Virus record (IMG/VR): IMGVR_UViG_2627853844_000002
Strand: one strand, 5' to 3'
DNA length: 19,945 nt
From: a virus
Lineage: Duplodnaviria > Heunggongvirae > Uroviricota > Caudoviricetes
Below, one piece after another: positions 1 to 7,256 of the stretch. Every line of letters begins with the position of its first letter. Position 1 is the stretch's first letter. The position numbers and the translations under genes were made by a program. The notes under the pieces were generated by a model. The model searched no databases, was not told the origin of the DNA, and was given only the letters and a program-made list of their open reading frames with translations.

Positions 1-174
1 TATCGCGTCCTCAACAATGAATTTTGTGATGCAGTGCCTGGTGCCTCCAGGTGACGTTAACCAGTTAACAATTAACGCCGGATACAGAGAATCCACCCAT
101 AACACTGTTTTTGGTTTTAACTGTTCCGCGTGCGCTCAGCCGCATTCACCACATCACAAAATTCACTTTAAAAA

Positions 175-227
175 GGGCGGCAGAGCAGTCACGGAGTAAA
201 ACTGATACCGCCAAACGTCACCAGAAA
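175..227 (-). ncRNA. dicF: DicF small RNA (53 nt; antisense regulator of ftsZ and other targets)
   Basis: Reverse complement of 175-227 reads UUUCUGGUGACGUUUGGCGGUAUCAGUUUUACUCCGUGACUGCUCUGCCGCCC, matching the DicF sequence as I recall it, followed by a U-run terminator tail (plus-strand A-run 171-174). Confidence 0.85.
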
Positions 228-567
228 ATTGATAACAGAGGGCGTTGCAGCGGGGTTGTCACTTAAGCGTATGGTCAACCTGACAACCCGGTGTCCTCAA
301 CGGGGAAGGAATAACCCCGCCATACTTACCGCCGCGCCATTTCGCGGGTTGCCACAACCGGAAGCGCACGGTCGACGAAAATTTAACGACAGGCTATCTA
401 TGAACCAGCTACCTCGCCATGCGCTTTCGCGTTATGGTCTGACTTTTCAGGGAAATATCCTTTCAGTAAACTGTCAGTTCCGGATGCGCACCCGTGTCCG
501 GCGCACGCACTCCACCTCACCCGTGGAGAACTCCTTAATTACTAACCTTAGCTTTGTTGATTAGCTA

Positions 568-786
568 CTAACGCGGGTATGTAATCATTCTGGCAATGCT
601 TAATGCCGCTGCTTTTTCCAGATTGGTGATATCCTGCTCCAGAGCGAACAGATTTTCAGCCTGCTTAGCCCTGGCTTCATTAGCCCATTTCAGATCCTGC
701 GCTGCATTAATTTTCTGGCGCATCCACTCATAAAGTTCATCATCGGTATAGTCTGGCGCGATGATGACGGGTTCTCGTTTCTGCAT
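568..786 (-). CDS. ydfC: Qin prophage protein YdfC (72 aa)
   Basis: ORF track translation MQKREPVIIAPDYTDDELYEWMRQKINAAQ... recognised as YdfC; position upstream of dicF in the dicB operon. Confidence 0.8.
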   Translation of the reverse strand: MQKREPVIIAPDYTDDELYEWMRQKINAAQDLKWANEARAKQAENLFALEQDITNLEKAAALSIARMITYPR

Positions 787-815
787 ACTGATTCCTCGCG
801 GTGCTGTTTCGCTTA

Positions 816-944
816 TCAGCCGTTAGATTTTGCCGAACTGGAAAGCGCCTGTTTAAACTCACTGAAGCTGAGAGCTTCTTCGCCTTCGGCAAGGCCTTCG
901 AAGTATTCTTCGTAAGCCTTTTCCATGATTGTGTCGAAATCCAT
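816..944 (-). CDS. ydfB: Small protein YdfB (42 aa)
   Basis: Manual translation of the minus strand from ATG at 944: MDFDTIMEKAYEEYFEGLAEGEEALSFSEFKQALSSSAKSNG, stop TGA at 816-818. Not in the ORF track because it is under 60 aa. Confidence 0.75.
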   Translation of the reverse strand: MDFDTIMEKAYEEYFEGLAEGEEALSFSEFKQALSSSAKSNG

Positions 945-945
945 A

Positions 946-1101
946 TCACTCACCTGAGTTTCTTTCCAGCCAGCGACGGGCACCATTTTCGGTTTTAAAC
1001 GTTTTGCTTTTGGTATACGTCATTGCGGTGAACGTGCCGTCCTGGTTTGGAAACACGCCGTACACCAGAGATTCGTTGTTGCCAAGATCGATAGTATCCA
1101 T
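946..1101 (-). CDS. ydfA: Small protein YdfA (51 aa)
   Basis: Internal Met of ORF 946..1179 gives MDTIDLGNNESLVYGVFPNQDGTFTAMTYTKSKTFKTENGARRWLERNSGE (51 aa), first gene of the dicB operon. Confidence 0.75.
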   Translation of the reverse strand: MDTIDLGNNESLVYGVFPNQDGTFTAMTYTKSKTFKTENGARRWLERNSGE

Positions 1102-1267
1102 GCTGACCTCATTTCCCCTTAACGCTGGGGTAGCGGAACTGTTTGCTGAGAACACCGTGCGGTGTGTTGATGCAAACAAGATTAGCCATGACTAACATAT
1201 CGGTCAAGTGATTTTGTATGCTATAGCTAACATAATTGATGTGGTAAAAGATAACTCATTGATGATG
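1102..1267 (-). promoter_or_regulatory. dicB-operon promoter region with candidate DicA operator dyads (TTAGCCATGACTAA at 1182-1195; TAGCTA at 1223-1228)
   Basis: Near-palindromes sharing the TTAG/CTAA half-site with those in the dicA-dicC intergenic region; lies between the dicA stop and the ydfA start. Confidence 0.4.
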
Positions 1268-1675
1268 TTATCTTTTATTTGTCCGCTGACGGGCTTTTAG
1301 TAATTCTTCAAAGAGTTTATTGAAGTTTTTTACTCGAGCTCGCATTTCGGCGAGCTGGGTATCCTGTTCTGATTCTGGCAGTGCATTAAACAGCTCAAGG
1401 AGCTCTAGTTCTTTGGGGGATAAGGCAACTGGCTTCTCAACAGGTGGTGTTGGTTGCTTGTCTTCATCGCCAAATAGAATCCATGTTGGTGAGCATTGCA
1501 ATACTTTACTGAGGGCAAAAAGGTTCTTCCCTGTAGGTTCACTATCACCCCGTTCCCATTGTGATACAGACACATGGGAGATTTTCAGGGCTTTAGCAAG
1601 AGACCTTTGGGTGTGTTTGAGGTTTTTCCGACGATACCTGATGCGTTCGCCGATAGTTAAATTTTTTGTTTCCAT
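1268..1675 (-). CDS. dicA: DicA, HTH (XRE-family) repressor of the division-inhibition operon (135 aa)
   Basis: ORF translation METKNLTIGERIRYRRKNLKHTQRSLAKALKISHVSVSQWERG... has a classic HTH; divergent from dicC. Confidence 0.9.
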   Translation of the reverse strand: METKNLTIGERIRYRRKNLKHTQRSLAKALKISHVSVSQWERGDSEPTGKNLFALSKVLQCSPTWILFGDEDKQPTPPVEKPVALSPKELELLELFNALPESEQDTQLAEMRARVKNFNKLFEELLKARQRTNKR

Positions 1676-1758
1676 AGTTAGCTAATGCTAAATCGTATTG
1701 ACTATGTTTTTGTTAACATCTATCTTGTTAGTTATGACTAACAATAAAGGTGTTTTAA
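1676..1758. promoter_or_regulatory. dicA-dicC divergent promoter/operator region with three dyad-symmetric elements
   Basis: TTAGC-TAAT-GCTAA (1678-1691), TGTTAACA (1714-1721) and TTGTTAGT-TATG-ACTAACAA (1726-1745), all within 83 bp between the divergent repressor and Cro-like gene; cI/cro-like architecture. Confidence 0.55.
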
Positions 1759-1989
1759 ATGCTTAAAACTGACGCTCTTTTGTATTTCGGTTCAAAAACA
1801 AAACTTGCACAAGCAGCAGGTATTCGTTTGGCTTCGCTTTATAGCTGGAAAGGGGATTTAGTTCCCGAAGGTCGCGCGATGCGTCTACAGGAGGCATCTG
1901 GCGGGGAGCTTCAGTATGATCCCAAAGTTTATGATGAATATCGTAAGACGAAGCGGGCGGGGCGGTTGAACAATGAAAATCACTCCTGA
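1759..1989 (+). CDS. dicC: DicC, Cro-like regulator (76 aa)
   Basis: ORF translation MLKTDALLYFGSKTKLAQAAGIRLASLYSWKGDLVPEGRAMRLQEASGGELQYD...; divergent from dicA. Confidence 0.85.
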   Translation: MLKTDALLYFGSKTKLAQAAGIRLASLYSWKGDLVPEGRAMRLQEASGGELQYDPKVYDEYRKTKRAGRLNNENHS

Positions 1990-2263
1990 ACAGGCTCGTG
2001 AGGCTCTGGATGCCTGGATATGTCGACCAGGAATGACACAGGAGCAGGCGACGATATTAATCACTGAAGCATTCTGGGCTTTGAAAGAGCGCCCGAACAT
2101 CGATGTTCAGCGTGTCACATATGAAGGTGGCGCGATTGATCAGCGAGCGCTTGGCGTTAATCGAGTGAAGATATTTGAACGCTGGAAGGCTATCGACACC
2201 AGGGATAAGCGTGAAAAGTTCACGGCGCTAGTGCCTGCAATTATGGAGGCTACCACTGGATGA
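1973..2263 (+). CDS. ydfX: Qin prophage protein YdfX (96 aa); overlaps the dicC 3' end by 17 nt
   Basis: ORF translation MKITPEQAREALDAWICRPGMTQEQ...; position immediately after dicC. Confidence 0.65.
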   Translation: MKITPEQAREALDAWICRPGMTQEQATILITEAFWALKERPNIDVQRVTYEGGAIDQRALGVNRVKIFERWKAIDTRDKREKFTALVPAIMEATTG

Positions 2264-2285
2264 TGAAAAGAGTGTCCATGAACGA

Positions 2286-2435
2286 GTGGATAATGCCCGT
2301 ATTGATTTACGCTCAAAATACTATGTTAAACCTAAAGCTGACCATCCCTGGCTTACGCGCCGAACGCAAAGTCATCAGCAAGTTAAGCCCCCGAAGTTAC
2401 CTAAAAAGAAGCCTGATCCCGATAAAAAAGATTGA
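2286..2435 (+). CDS. Small lysine/proline-rich ORF (49 aa, GTG start), possibly the ydfW/intK remnant; an alternative-frame ORF 2260..2487 also exists
   Basis: Manual translation VDNARIDLRSKYYVKPKADHPWLTRRTQSHQQVKPPKLPKKKPDPDKKD; the length matches my recollection of YdfW, but the frame assignment is uncertain. Confidence 0.3.
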   Translation: MDNARIDLRSKYYVKPKADHPWLTRRTQSHQQVKPPKLPKKKPDPDKKD

Positions 2436-2832
2436 AACCAAGATCGATTCGGTTGAGTGCATATCCATTCATAGGGTAGATTCTTAAGTCGCGTTTCTGG
2501 TGTTCATTTTCGGGTGGTTTGTTACTTGTTTTACCGGGGATATGCCAGAAACGCGCTGAGTCAGTCTGGGCGGTGCGCGTAATGAGGCGTTATGGTAAAT
2601 AGCCTATGCTAATGTCCGCTAAGAGCAAGAAGCGGAAGTTGGCAGTTTTGTGGACTGTCCCCACAAAAGTGACTACAGAAATAGTTGCAATTCATAATTG
2701 ATCATGGGTTGTCAGTTAAACTCGTGGCGATTTAAATAGACTAATTGGGAGTGCGTCCATTACTTATATCTTGTAATGTTAACTATCAGAAATGATACAA
2801 AGATAATATGTCTTTAAAGAAAAGGCTGATGG

Positions 2833-2859
2833 CGAAAAGTGGCCCGATGAGGGCCACAA
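2833..2859 (-). terminator. Rho-independent terminator downstream of flxA
   Basis: Inverted repeat GTGGCCC-gatga-GGGCCAC (2840-2859) followed on the minus strand by a U-rich run (CUUUUC), immediately 3' of the flxA stop. Confidence 0.55.
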
Positions 2860-2871
2860 TACGGCTGTCAC

Positions 2872-3204
2872 TTAGACGTAAATATCAATGGTGCCAGCGG
2901 TATTTGTATCGTCTTTTTTCTCTTCTTTTTTATCAGGCTGAACTGTCGCGTCTTCATTCTTTTTCTCTGCCTGCTGCCTTAACAACTGCTCCAGTTGAGC
3001 CCAGAGGCTTTCAATTTGCTTCTGTACCAATGCAGCCATTTCTTTTTTCTGCTGTGTCGTCATCCCCTCTTCCGATGAGATTTTCCCAAGCTTTTCAGTC
3101 AGCACCTGAATTTGTCTTGTGATTTTGGCTATTTCTGATGTTCCTTCCGGGGCGGAGTTGTTTGAAATAACGGTTGAGGTATTTCCCTGAATTGTGACAG
3201 ACAT
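2872..3204 (-). CDS. flxA: FlxA, FliA (sigma-28)-regulated protein (110 aa)
   Basis: ORF translation MSVTIQGNTSTVISNNSAPEGTSEIAKITRQIQVLTEKLGK...; sigma-28 promoter directly upstream. Confidence 0.85.
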   Translation of the reverse strand: MSVTIQGNTSTVISNNSAPEGTSEIAKITRQIQVLTEKLGKISSEEGMTTQQKKEMAALVQKQIESLWAQLEQLLRQQAEKKNEDATVQPDKKEEKKDDTNTAGTIDIYV

Positions 3205-3225
3205 AGATTTCTCCTTTTAAAAAAG

Positions 3226-3252
3226 CACTATCGGCATGCACAAAAAAATCTT
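3226..3252 (-). promoter_or_regulatory. Sigma-28 (FliA) class 3 promoter for flxA
   Basis: Minus strand reads TAAAGATT-N11-GCCGATAG, against the sigma-28 consensus TAAAGTTT-N11-GCCGATAA, about 25 nt upstream of the flxA ATG. Confidence 0.7.
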
Positions 3253-3406
3253 TAATCGTATTTCTTGTGTCATTAATTGTTTGATGTTCAGATTGTTTTC
3301 CTCGCGGGCTGGCGCGCCTCAGAAAGTAAAGCTTGTTGACAGGGGTAAACGTTCGGCAATAATTTTCTGCCGCATGCGGGTGTTGCATAAAACGTGTTAC
3401 GTTCCT

Positions 3407-3712
3407 TTATCGACAGGTCAGGTCACCGCTCACCCGCCGACGAGAAAGCAACACTGACATGCTAAAGCAAAAAATAGATGAATAAGTTGAGTTGTGCATA
3501 TGTAGCCTGACCGTCACAAAGTATATGGTGTCTGTACCAGTAAGATGATGGCCGGACTCTTTAAAAACGAGCTGACCTGCACAATACAGGATGGACTTAG
3601 CAATGGCTGCTCCTGGCACAAAGCGGACAGTGATCACCGTTCTTACGACTACTTTCTGACTTCCTTCGTGACTTGCCCTAAGCATGTTGTAGTGCGATAC
3701 TTGTAATGACAT
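3407..3712 (-). CDS. ydfV: Hypothetical ORF (ydfV-like, 101 aa); doubtful coding status, overlaps the relB promoter/operator
   Basis: ORF track only; length matches the annotated K-12 ydfV as I recall; no recognisable domain. Confidence 0.3.
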   Translation of the reverse strand: MSLQVSHYNMLRASHEGSQKVVVRTVITVRFVPGAAIAKSILYCAGQLVFKESGHHLTGTDTIYFVTVRLHMHNSTYSSIFCFSMSVLLSRRRVSGDLTCR

Positions 3713-3725
3713 TTGTAATTACAAG
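3700..3725 (+). promoter_or_regulatory. relBE operator relO (RelB/RelE autoregulation site) within the relB promoter
   Basis: CTTGTAATGACATTTGTAATTACAAG: TTGTAAT repeated at 3701-3707 and 3713-3719 with inverted ATTACAA at 3718-3724, 12 nt upstream of the relB start. Confidence 0.65.
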
Positions 3726-3736
3726 AGGTGTAAGAC

Positions 3737-3976
3737 ATGGGTAGCATTAACCTGCGTATTGACGATGAACTTAAAGCGCGTTCTTACGCCGCGCTTGAAA
3801 AAATGGGTGTAACTCCTTCTGAAGCGCTTCGTCTCATGCTCGAGTATATCGCTGACAATGAACGCTTGCCGTTCAAACAGACACTCCTGAGTGATGAAGA
3901 TGCTGAACTTGTGGAGATAGTGAAAGAACGGCTTCGTAATCCTAAGCCAGTACGTGTGACGCTGGATGAACTCTGA
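3737..3976 (+). CDS. relB: RelB antitoxin (79 aa)
   Basis: ORF translation MGSINLRIDDELKARSYAALEKMGVTPSEALRLMLEYIADNERLPFKQTLL...; ATGA overlap with relE. Confidence 0.95.
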   Translation: MGSINLRIDDELKARSYAALEKMGVTPSEALRLMLEYIADNERLPFKQTLLSDEDAELVEIVKERLRNPKPVRVTLDEL

Positions 3977-4263
3977 TGGCGTATTTTCTGGATTTTGACG
4001 AGCGGGCACTAAAGGAATGGCGAAAGCTGGGCTCGACGGTACGTGAACAGTTGAAAAAGAAGCTGGTTGAAGTACTTGAGTCACCCCGGATTGAAGCAAA
4101 CAAGCTCCGTGGTATGCCTGATTGTTACAAGATTAAGCTCCGGTCTTCAGGCTATCGCCTTGTATACCAGGTTATAGACGAGAAAGTTGTCGTTTTCGTG
4201 ATTTCTGTTGGGAAAAGAGAACGCTCGGAAGTATATAGCGAGGCGGTCAAACGCATTCTCTGA
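3976..4263 (+). CDS. relE: RelE mRNA-interferase toxin (95 aa)
   Basis: ORF translation MAYFLDFDERALKEWRKLGSTVREQLKKKLVEVLESPRIEANKLRGMPDCYKIKLRSSGYRLVYQV... Confidence 0.95.
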   Translation: MAYFLDFDERALKEWRKLGSTVREQLKKKLVEVLESPRIEANKLRGMPDCYKIKLRSSGYRLVYQVIDEKVVVFVISVGKRERSEVYSEAVKRIL

Positions 4264-4334
4264 ACCAAAGCATGACATCTCTGTTTCGCACCGAAGGTGA
4301 CACTTCTGCTTTGCGTTGACAGGAGAAGCAGGCT

Positions 4335-4490
4335 ATGAAGCAGCAAAAGGCGATGTTAATCGCCCTGATCGTCATCTGTTTAACCGTCATAGTGACGGCA
4401 CTGGTAACGAGGAAAGACCTCTGCGAGGTACGAATCCGAACCGGCCAGACGGAGGTCGCTGTCTTCACAGCTTACGAACCTGAGGAGTAA
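4335..4490 (+). CDS. hokD: HokD (RelF) Hok-family membrane toxin (51 aa)
   Basis: Manual translation MKQQKAMLIALIVICLTVIVTALVTRKDLCEVRIRTGQTEVAVFTAYEPEE; third gene of the relBE-hokD operon; under 60 aa so absent from the ORF track. Confidence 0.9.
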   Translation: MKQQKAMLIALIVICLTVIVTALVTRKDLCEVRIRTGQTEVAVFTAYEPEE

Positions 4491-4558
4491 GAGACCCGGC
4501 GGGGGAGAAATCCCTCGCCACCTCTGATGTGGCAGGCATCCTCAACGCACCCGCACTT

Positions 4559-4590
4559 AACCCGCTTCGGCGGGTTTTTGTTTTTATTTT
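4559..4590 (+). terminator. Rho-independent terminator of the relB-relE-hokD operon
   Basis: CCCGC-TTCG-GCGGG hairpin (4561-4574) followed by TTTTTGTTTTTATTTT. Confidence 0.8.
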
Positions 4591-4598
4591 CAACGCGT

Positions 4599-4628
4599 TT
4601 GAAGTTCTGGACGGTGCCGGAATAGAAT
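4599..4628 (+). promoter_or_regulatory. Candidate sigma-70 promoter upstream of rem (TTGAAG-N18-TAGAAT)
   Basis: Hexamers read directly from the sequence; spacing 18 nt; function inferred only. Confidence 0.3.
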
Positions 4629-4706
4629 CAAAAATACTTAAGTAGCGCGCAGGGATAAGAGGGATGGTCCCTTAAAGGGGAGAGCTAATTATCCGGAAGG
4701 ATTCTG

Positions 4707-4958
4707 ATGATGAACATCGAAGAACTGCGTAAAATTTTTTGTGAAGATGGCCTCTATGCTGTGTGCGTTGAAAATGGAAATCTTGTTAGTCATTACCGCA
4801 TTATGTGTTTGCGAAAGAATGGGGCTGCGTTAATTAATTTTGTGGATGCTCGGGTCACGGACGGATTTATCTTGCGCGAAGGTGAGTTTGTCACTTCATT
4901 ACAGGCATTGAAAGAGATCGGAATAAAAGCTGGCTTTTCTGCTTTTTCAGGAGAATAA
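4707..4958 (+). CDS. rem: Uncharacterised prophage protein (83 aa), probably Rem
   Basis: ORF translation MMNIEELRKIFCEDGLYAVCVENGNLVSHYRIMCLRKNG...; length and position after hokD match my recollection of rem; the sequence itself was not recalled independently. Confidence 0.45.
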   Translation: MMNIEELRKIFCEDGLYAVCVENGNLVSHYRIMCLRKNGAALINFVDARVTDGFILREGEFVTSLQALKEIGIKAGFSAFSGE

Positions 4959-5024
4959 ACTCATCTACAATCTTGCGCGGGGCTGAACTCCCGCTGAGTA
5001 ACACCGTGCCACCGGAGAAAACCG

Positions 5025-5303
5025 ATGGCACGCAACGCAAAATATTACAATTCTGATAATTCGCCCGTTCTTGCCTGCACGCACGGGCGGTATTCTCACG
5101 CATTCAAGTCTGAATGGTTCCAGCACCCTCCATGCACTGCAGAACAGGCCGAATGGCTGATTCATTCTTACCGCAGGCGCGGGTTCGAGGTTAAGAAAGC
5201 TCTCAGTCTCGACTATCGGCACTGGATAATCTCTGTCAGGCTGCCTTATTCCGAACGCCCACCACGTGCGTCCCGCACTTTCCAGCAACGGATCTGGAGG
5301 TAA
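5025..5303 (+). CDS. Hypothetical protein (92 aa); its stop overlaps the ydfU ribosome-binding site
   Basis: Good SD (GGAGA, 6-nt spacer) before ATG 5025; stop TAA at 5301-5303 sits 1 nt before the ydfU GTG start; no recognisable domain. Confidence 0.4.
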   Translation: MARNAKYYNSDNSPVLACTHGRYSHAFKSEWFQHPPCTAEQAEWLIHSYRRRGFEVKKALSLDYRHWIISVRLPYSERPPRASRTFQQRIWR

Positions 5304-5304
5304 C

Positions 5305-6354
5305 GTGCGGGTATTACTTAGACCTGTTCTGGTGCCTGAGCTTGGGCTGGTGGTCCTTAAGCCGGGCCGTGAATCCATACAGATATTTCATAATCCTCGA
5401 GTGCTGGTGGAACCGGAACCAAAAAGCATGCGTAATCTGCCATCCGGAGTCGTTCCTGCCGTTCGCCAGCCGCTGGCGGAAGACAAAACATTGCTGCCGT
5501 TTTTTAGTAACGAACGGGTGATTCGTGCTGCTGGCGGCGTTGGCGCATTGTCCGACTGGCTATTACGTCATGTTACATCCTGCCAGTGGCCTAATGGCGA
5601 TTACCATCACACTGAAACAGTCATTCACCGTTATGGTACCGGCGCAATGGTGTTGTGCTGGCACTGCGACAACCAACTGCGTGACCAGACATCGGAATCA
5701 CTGGAGCTGCTTGCTCAACAAAATCTGACAGCATGGGTGATTGACGTCATCCGTCACGCAATAAGCGGTACGCAGGAGCGGGAATTATCTTTGGCTGAAT
5801 TATCCTGGTGGGCGGTCTGCAATCAGGTGGTGGATGCACTACCTGAGGCTGTATCGCGTCGTTCGCTGGGATTACCAGCGGAAAAAATCTGCTCGGTGTA
5901 CCGCGAAAGCGACATCGTACCGGGAGAGCAGACCGCCACCAGCATATTGAAACAACGCACAAAAAATCTTGCACCGTTGCCTTACGCCCACCAGCAACAA
6001 AAATCACCACAGGAAAAGACGGTGGTAAGCATCACCGTTGATCCAGAGTCTCCGGAATCTTTCATGAAGCTGCCTAAACGTCGCCGCTGGGTTAAGGAGA
6101 AATACACACGTTGGGTTAAGACACAGCCGTGTGCTTGCTGCGGTATGCCAGCCGACGATCCGCATCATCTGATTGGTCACGGGCAGGGCGGAATGGGAAC
6201 AAAAGCACATGATCTCTTTGTGTTGCCTTTGTGCAGAAAGCATCACAACGAGCTGCATACGGATACAGTGGCATTTGAAGATAAGTATGGCTCCCAACTG
6301 GAGCTGATATTTCGTTTTATCGATCGCGCGCTGGCAATTGGCGTACTGGCGTAA
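5305..6354 (+). CDS. ydfU: YdfU, DUF968-family prophage protein with a C-terminal HNH-like zinc-finger nuclease motif (349 aa from GTG)
   Basis: GGAGG SD then GTG at 5305; C-terminus contains CACCGMPADDPHH...GTKAHDLFVLPLCRKHHNELH (CxxC ... HH ... CxxHH). The ORF track's longer 5266 start is less likely. Confidence 0.7.
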   Translation: MRVLLRPVLVPELGLVVLKPGRESIQIFHNPRVLVEPEPKSMRNLPSGVVPAVRQPLAEDKTLLPFFSNERVIRAAGGVGALSDWLLRHVTSCQWPNGDYHHTETVIHRYGTGAMVLCWHCDNQLRDQTSESLELLAQQNLTAWVIDVIRHAISGTQERELSLAELSWWAVCNQVVDALPEAVSRRSLGLPAEKICSVYRESDIVPGEQTATSILKQRTKNLAPLPYAHQQQKSPQEKTVVSITVDPESPESFMKLPKRRRWVKEKYTRWVKTQPCACCGMPADDPHHLIGHGQGGMGTKAHDLFVLPLCRKHHNELHTDTVAFEDKYGSQLELIFRFIDRALAIGVLA

Positions 6355-6367
6355 GTGGAGAACGAGC

Positions 6368-7120
6368 ATGAACCTTGAAGCCTTACCAAAATATTACTCC
6401 CCAAAATCTCCAAAATTGAGCGATGACGCTCCAGCGACAGGCACCGGTTGTTTAACAATTACGGATGTAATGGCAGCGCAGGGGATGGTGCAGTCGAAAG
6501 CACCACTTGGGTTGGCCTTATTTCTGGCAAAAGTTGGTGTTCAGGACCCTCAGTTTGCGATTGAAGGCCTGCTAAATTACGCGATGGCACTGGATAACCC
6601 GACATTGAACAAATTGAGTGAAGAAATCCGGTTACAGATTATTCCTTACCTCGTGAGTTTTGCCTTTGCTGATTACTCCAGGTCTGCGGCAAGTAAGGCT
6701 CGCTGTGAGCATTGTTCAGGTACGGGATTTTATAATGTATTGCGCGAAGTGGTGAAACACTACAGACGCGGGGAATCTGTAATCAAGGAAGAATGGGTGA
6801 AGGAACTATGTCAGCATTGCCATGGTAAGGGCGAAGCCAGCACAGCGTGCAGAGGGTGTAAGGGTAAAGGGATTGTTCTGGATGAAAAAAGAACCCGGTT
6901 TCATGGCGTACCGGTATATAAGATTTGTGGGCGTTGTAATGGAAACCGGTTTAGTCGTTTACCGACCACGCTGGCACGACGTCATGTCCAGAAGCTGGTA
7001 CCAGACCTGACCGATTATCAGTGGTATAAGGGGTATGCGGACGTCATTGGTAAACTGGTAACAAAGTGCTGGCAGGAAGAAGCATACGCGGAAGCGCAAT
7101 TGAGGAAGGTGACGAGATAA
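6368..7120 (+). CDS. quuQ: Q-family late-gene antiterminator (250 aa)
   Basis: ORF translation from the internal Met MNLEALPKYY...; multiple CxxC zinc-finger pairs (CEHCSGTG, CQHCHGKG, CRGCKGKG, CGRCNG); sits immediately upstream of a PR'-like promoter and terminator. Confidence 0.8.
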   Translation: MNLEALPKYYSPKSPKLSDDAPATGTGCLTITDVMAAQGMVQSKAPLGLALFLAKVGVQDPQFAIEGLLNYAMALDNPTLNKLSEEIRLQIIPYLVSFAFADYSRSAASKARCEHCSGTGFYNVLREVVKHYRRGESVIKEEWVKELCQHCHGKGEASTACRGCKGKGIVLDEKRTRFHGVPVYKICGRCNGNRFSRLPTTLARRHVQKLVPDLTDYQWYKGYADVIGKLVTKCWQEEAYAEAQLRKVTR

Positions 7121-7151
7121 ATGATTTTTGCTGAAGATGGCGACATGATGT

Positions 7152-7180
7152 TTGCATTTTTCAAAAAATATGGATAAAAT
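7152..7180 (+). promoter_or_regulatory. PR'-like late promoter (TTGCAT-N17-TAAAAT) downstream of quuQ
   Basis: Hexamers at 7152-7157 and 7175-7180 read from the sequence; position analogous to lambda PR'. Confidence 0.5.
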
Positions 7181-7225
7181 TTTTTCAACGATGGGCTTTG
7201 TATACCCGACGTTAAGAAAAAGTAG

Positions 7226-7256
7226 AAAACCCGCTGATGAGCGGGTTTTGTGCTTT
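7226..7256 (+). terminator. tR'-like intrinsic terminator (target of Q antitermination)
   Basis: ACCCGCT-GATG-AGCGGGT hairpin (7229-7246) followed by TTTTGTGCTTT, about 50 nt downstream of the PR'-like -10. Confidence 0.7.

Noticed and set aside
17-564. Plus-strand ORFs 17..199 and 229..564 at the left edge
   Set aside because: They lie antisense to DicF and the dicB-operon spacer, lack ribosome-binding sites and recognisable domains; most likely chance ORFs.
1247-1276. AAAAGATAAC ... GTTATCTTTT hairpin at the dicA stop, considered as an intrinsic terminator
   Set aside because: The stem is entirely A/T-rich and is not followed by a clear U-tract on either strand; more likely a protein-binding dyad or coincidence.
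4152-4468. Minus-strand ORFs antisense to relE/hokD, considered as a possible Sok-like antisense unit
   Set aside because: Hok loci are regulated by a short antisense RNA rather than an antisense protein, and I could not identify a convincing promoter and terminator for such an RNA here; left as an open question in the relBE-hokD finding.
5747-6458. Minus-strand ORFs inside ydfU and the quuQ start (5747..6010, 6004..6369, 6243..6458)
   Set aside because: Antisense shadow ORFs within well-supported plus-strand genes; no start-site signals.
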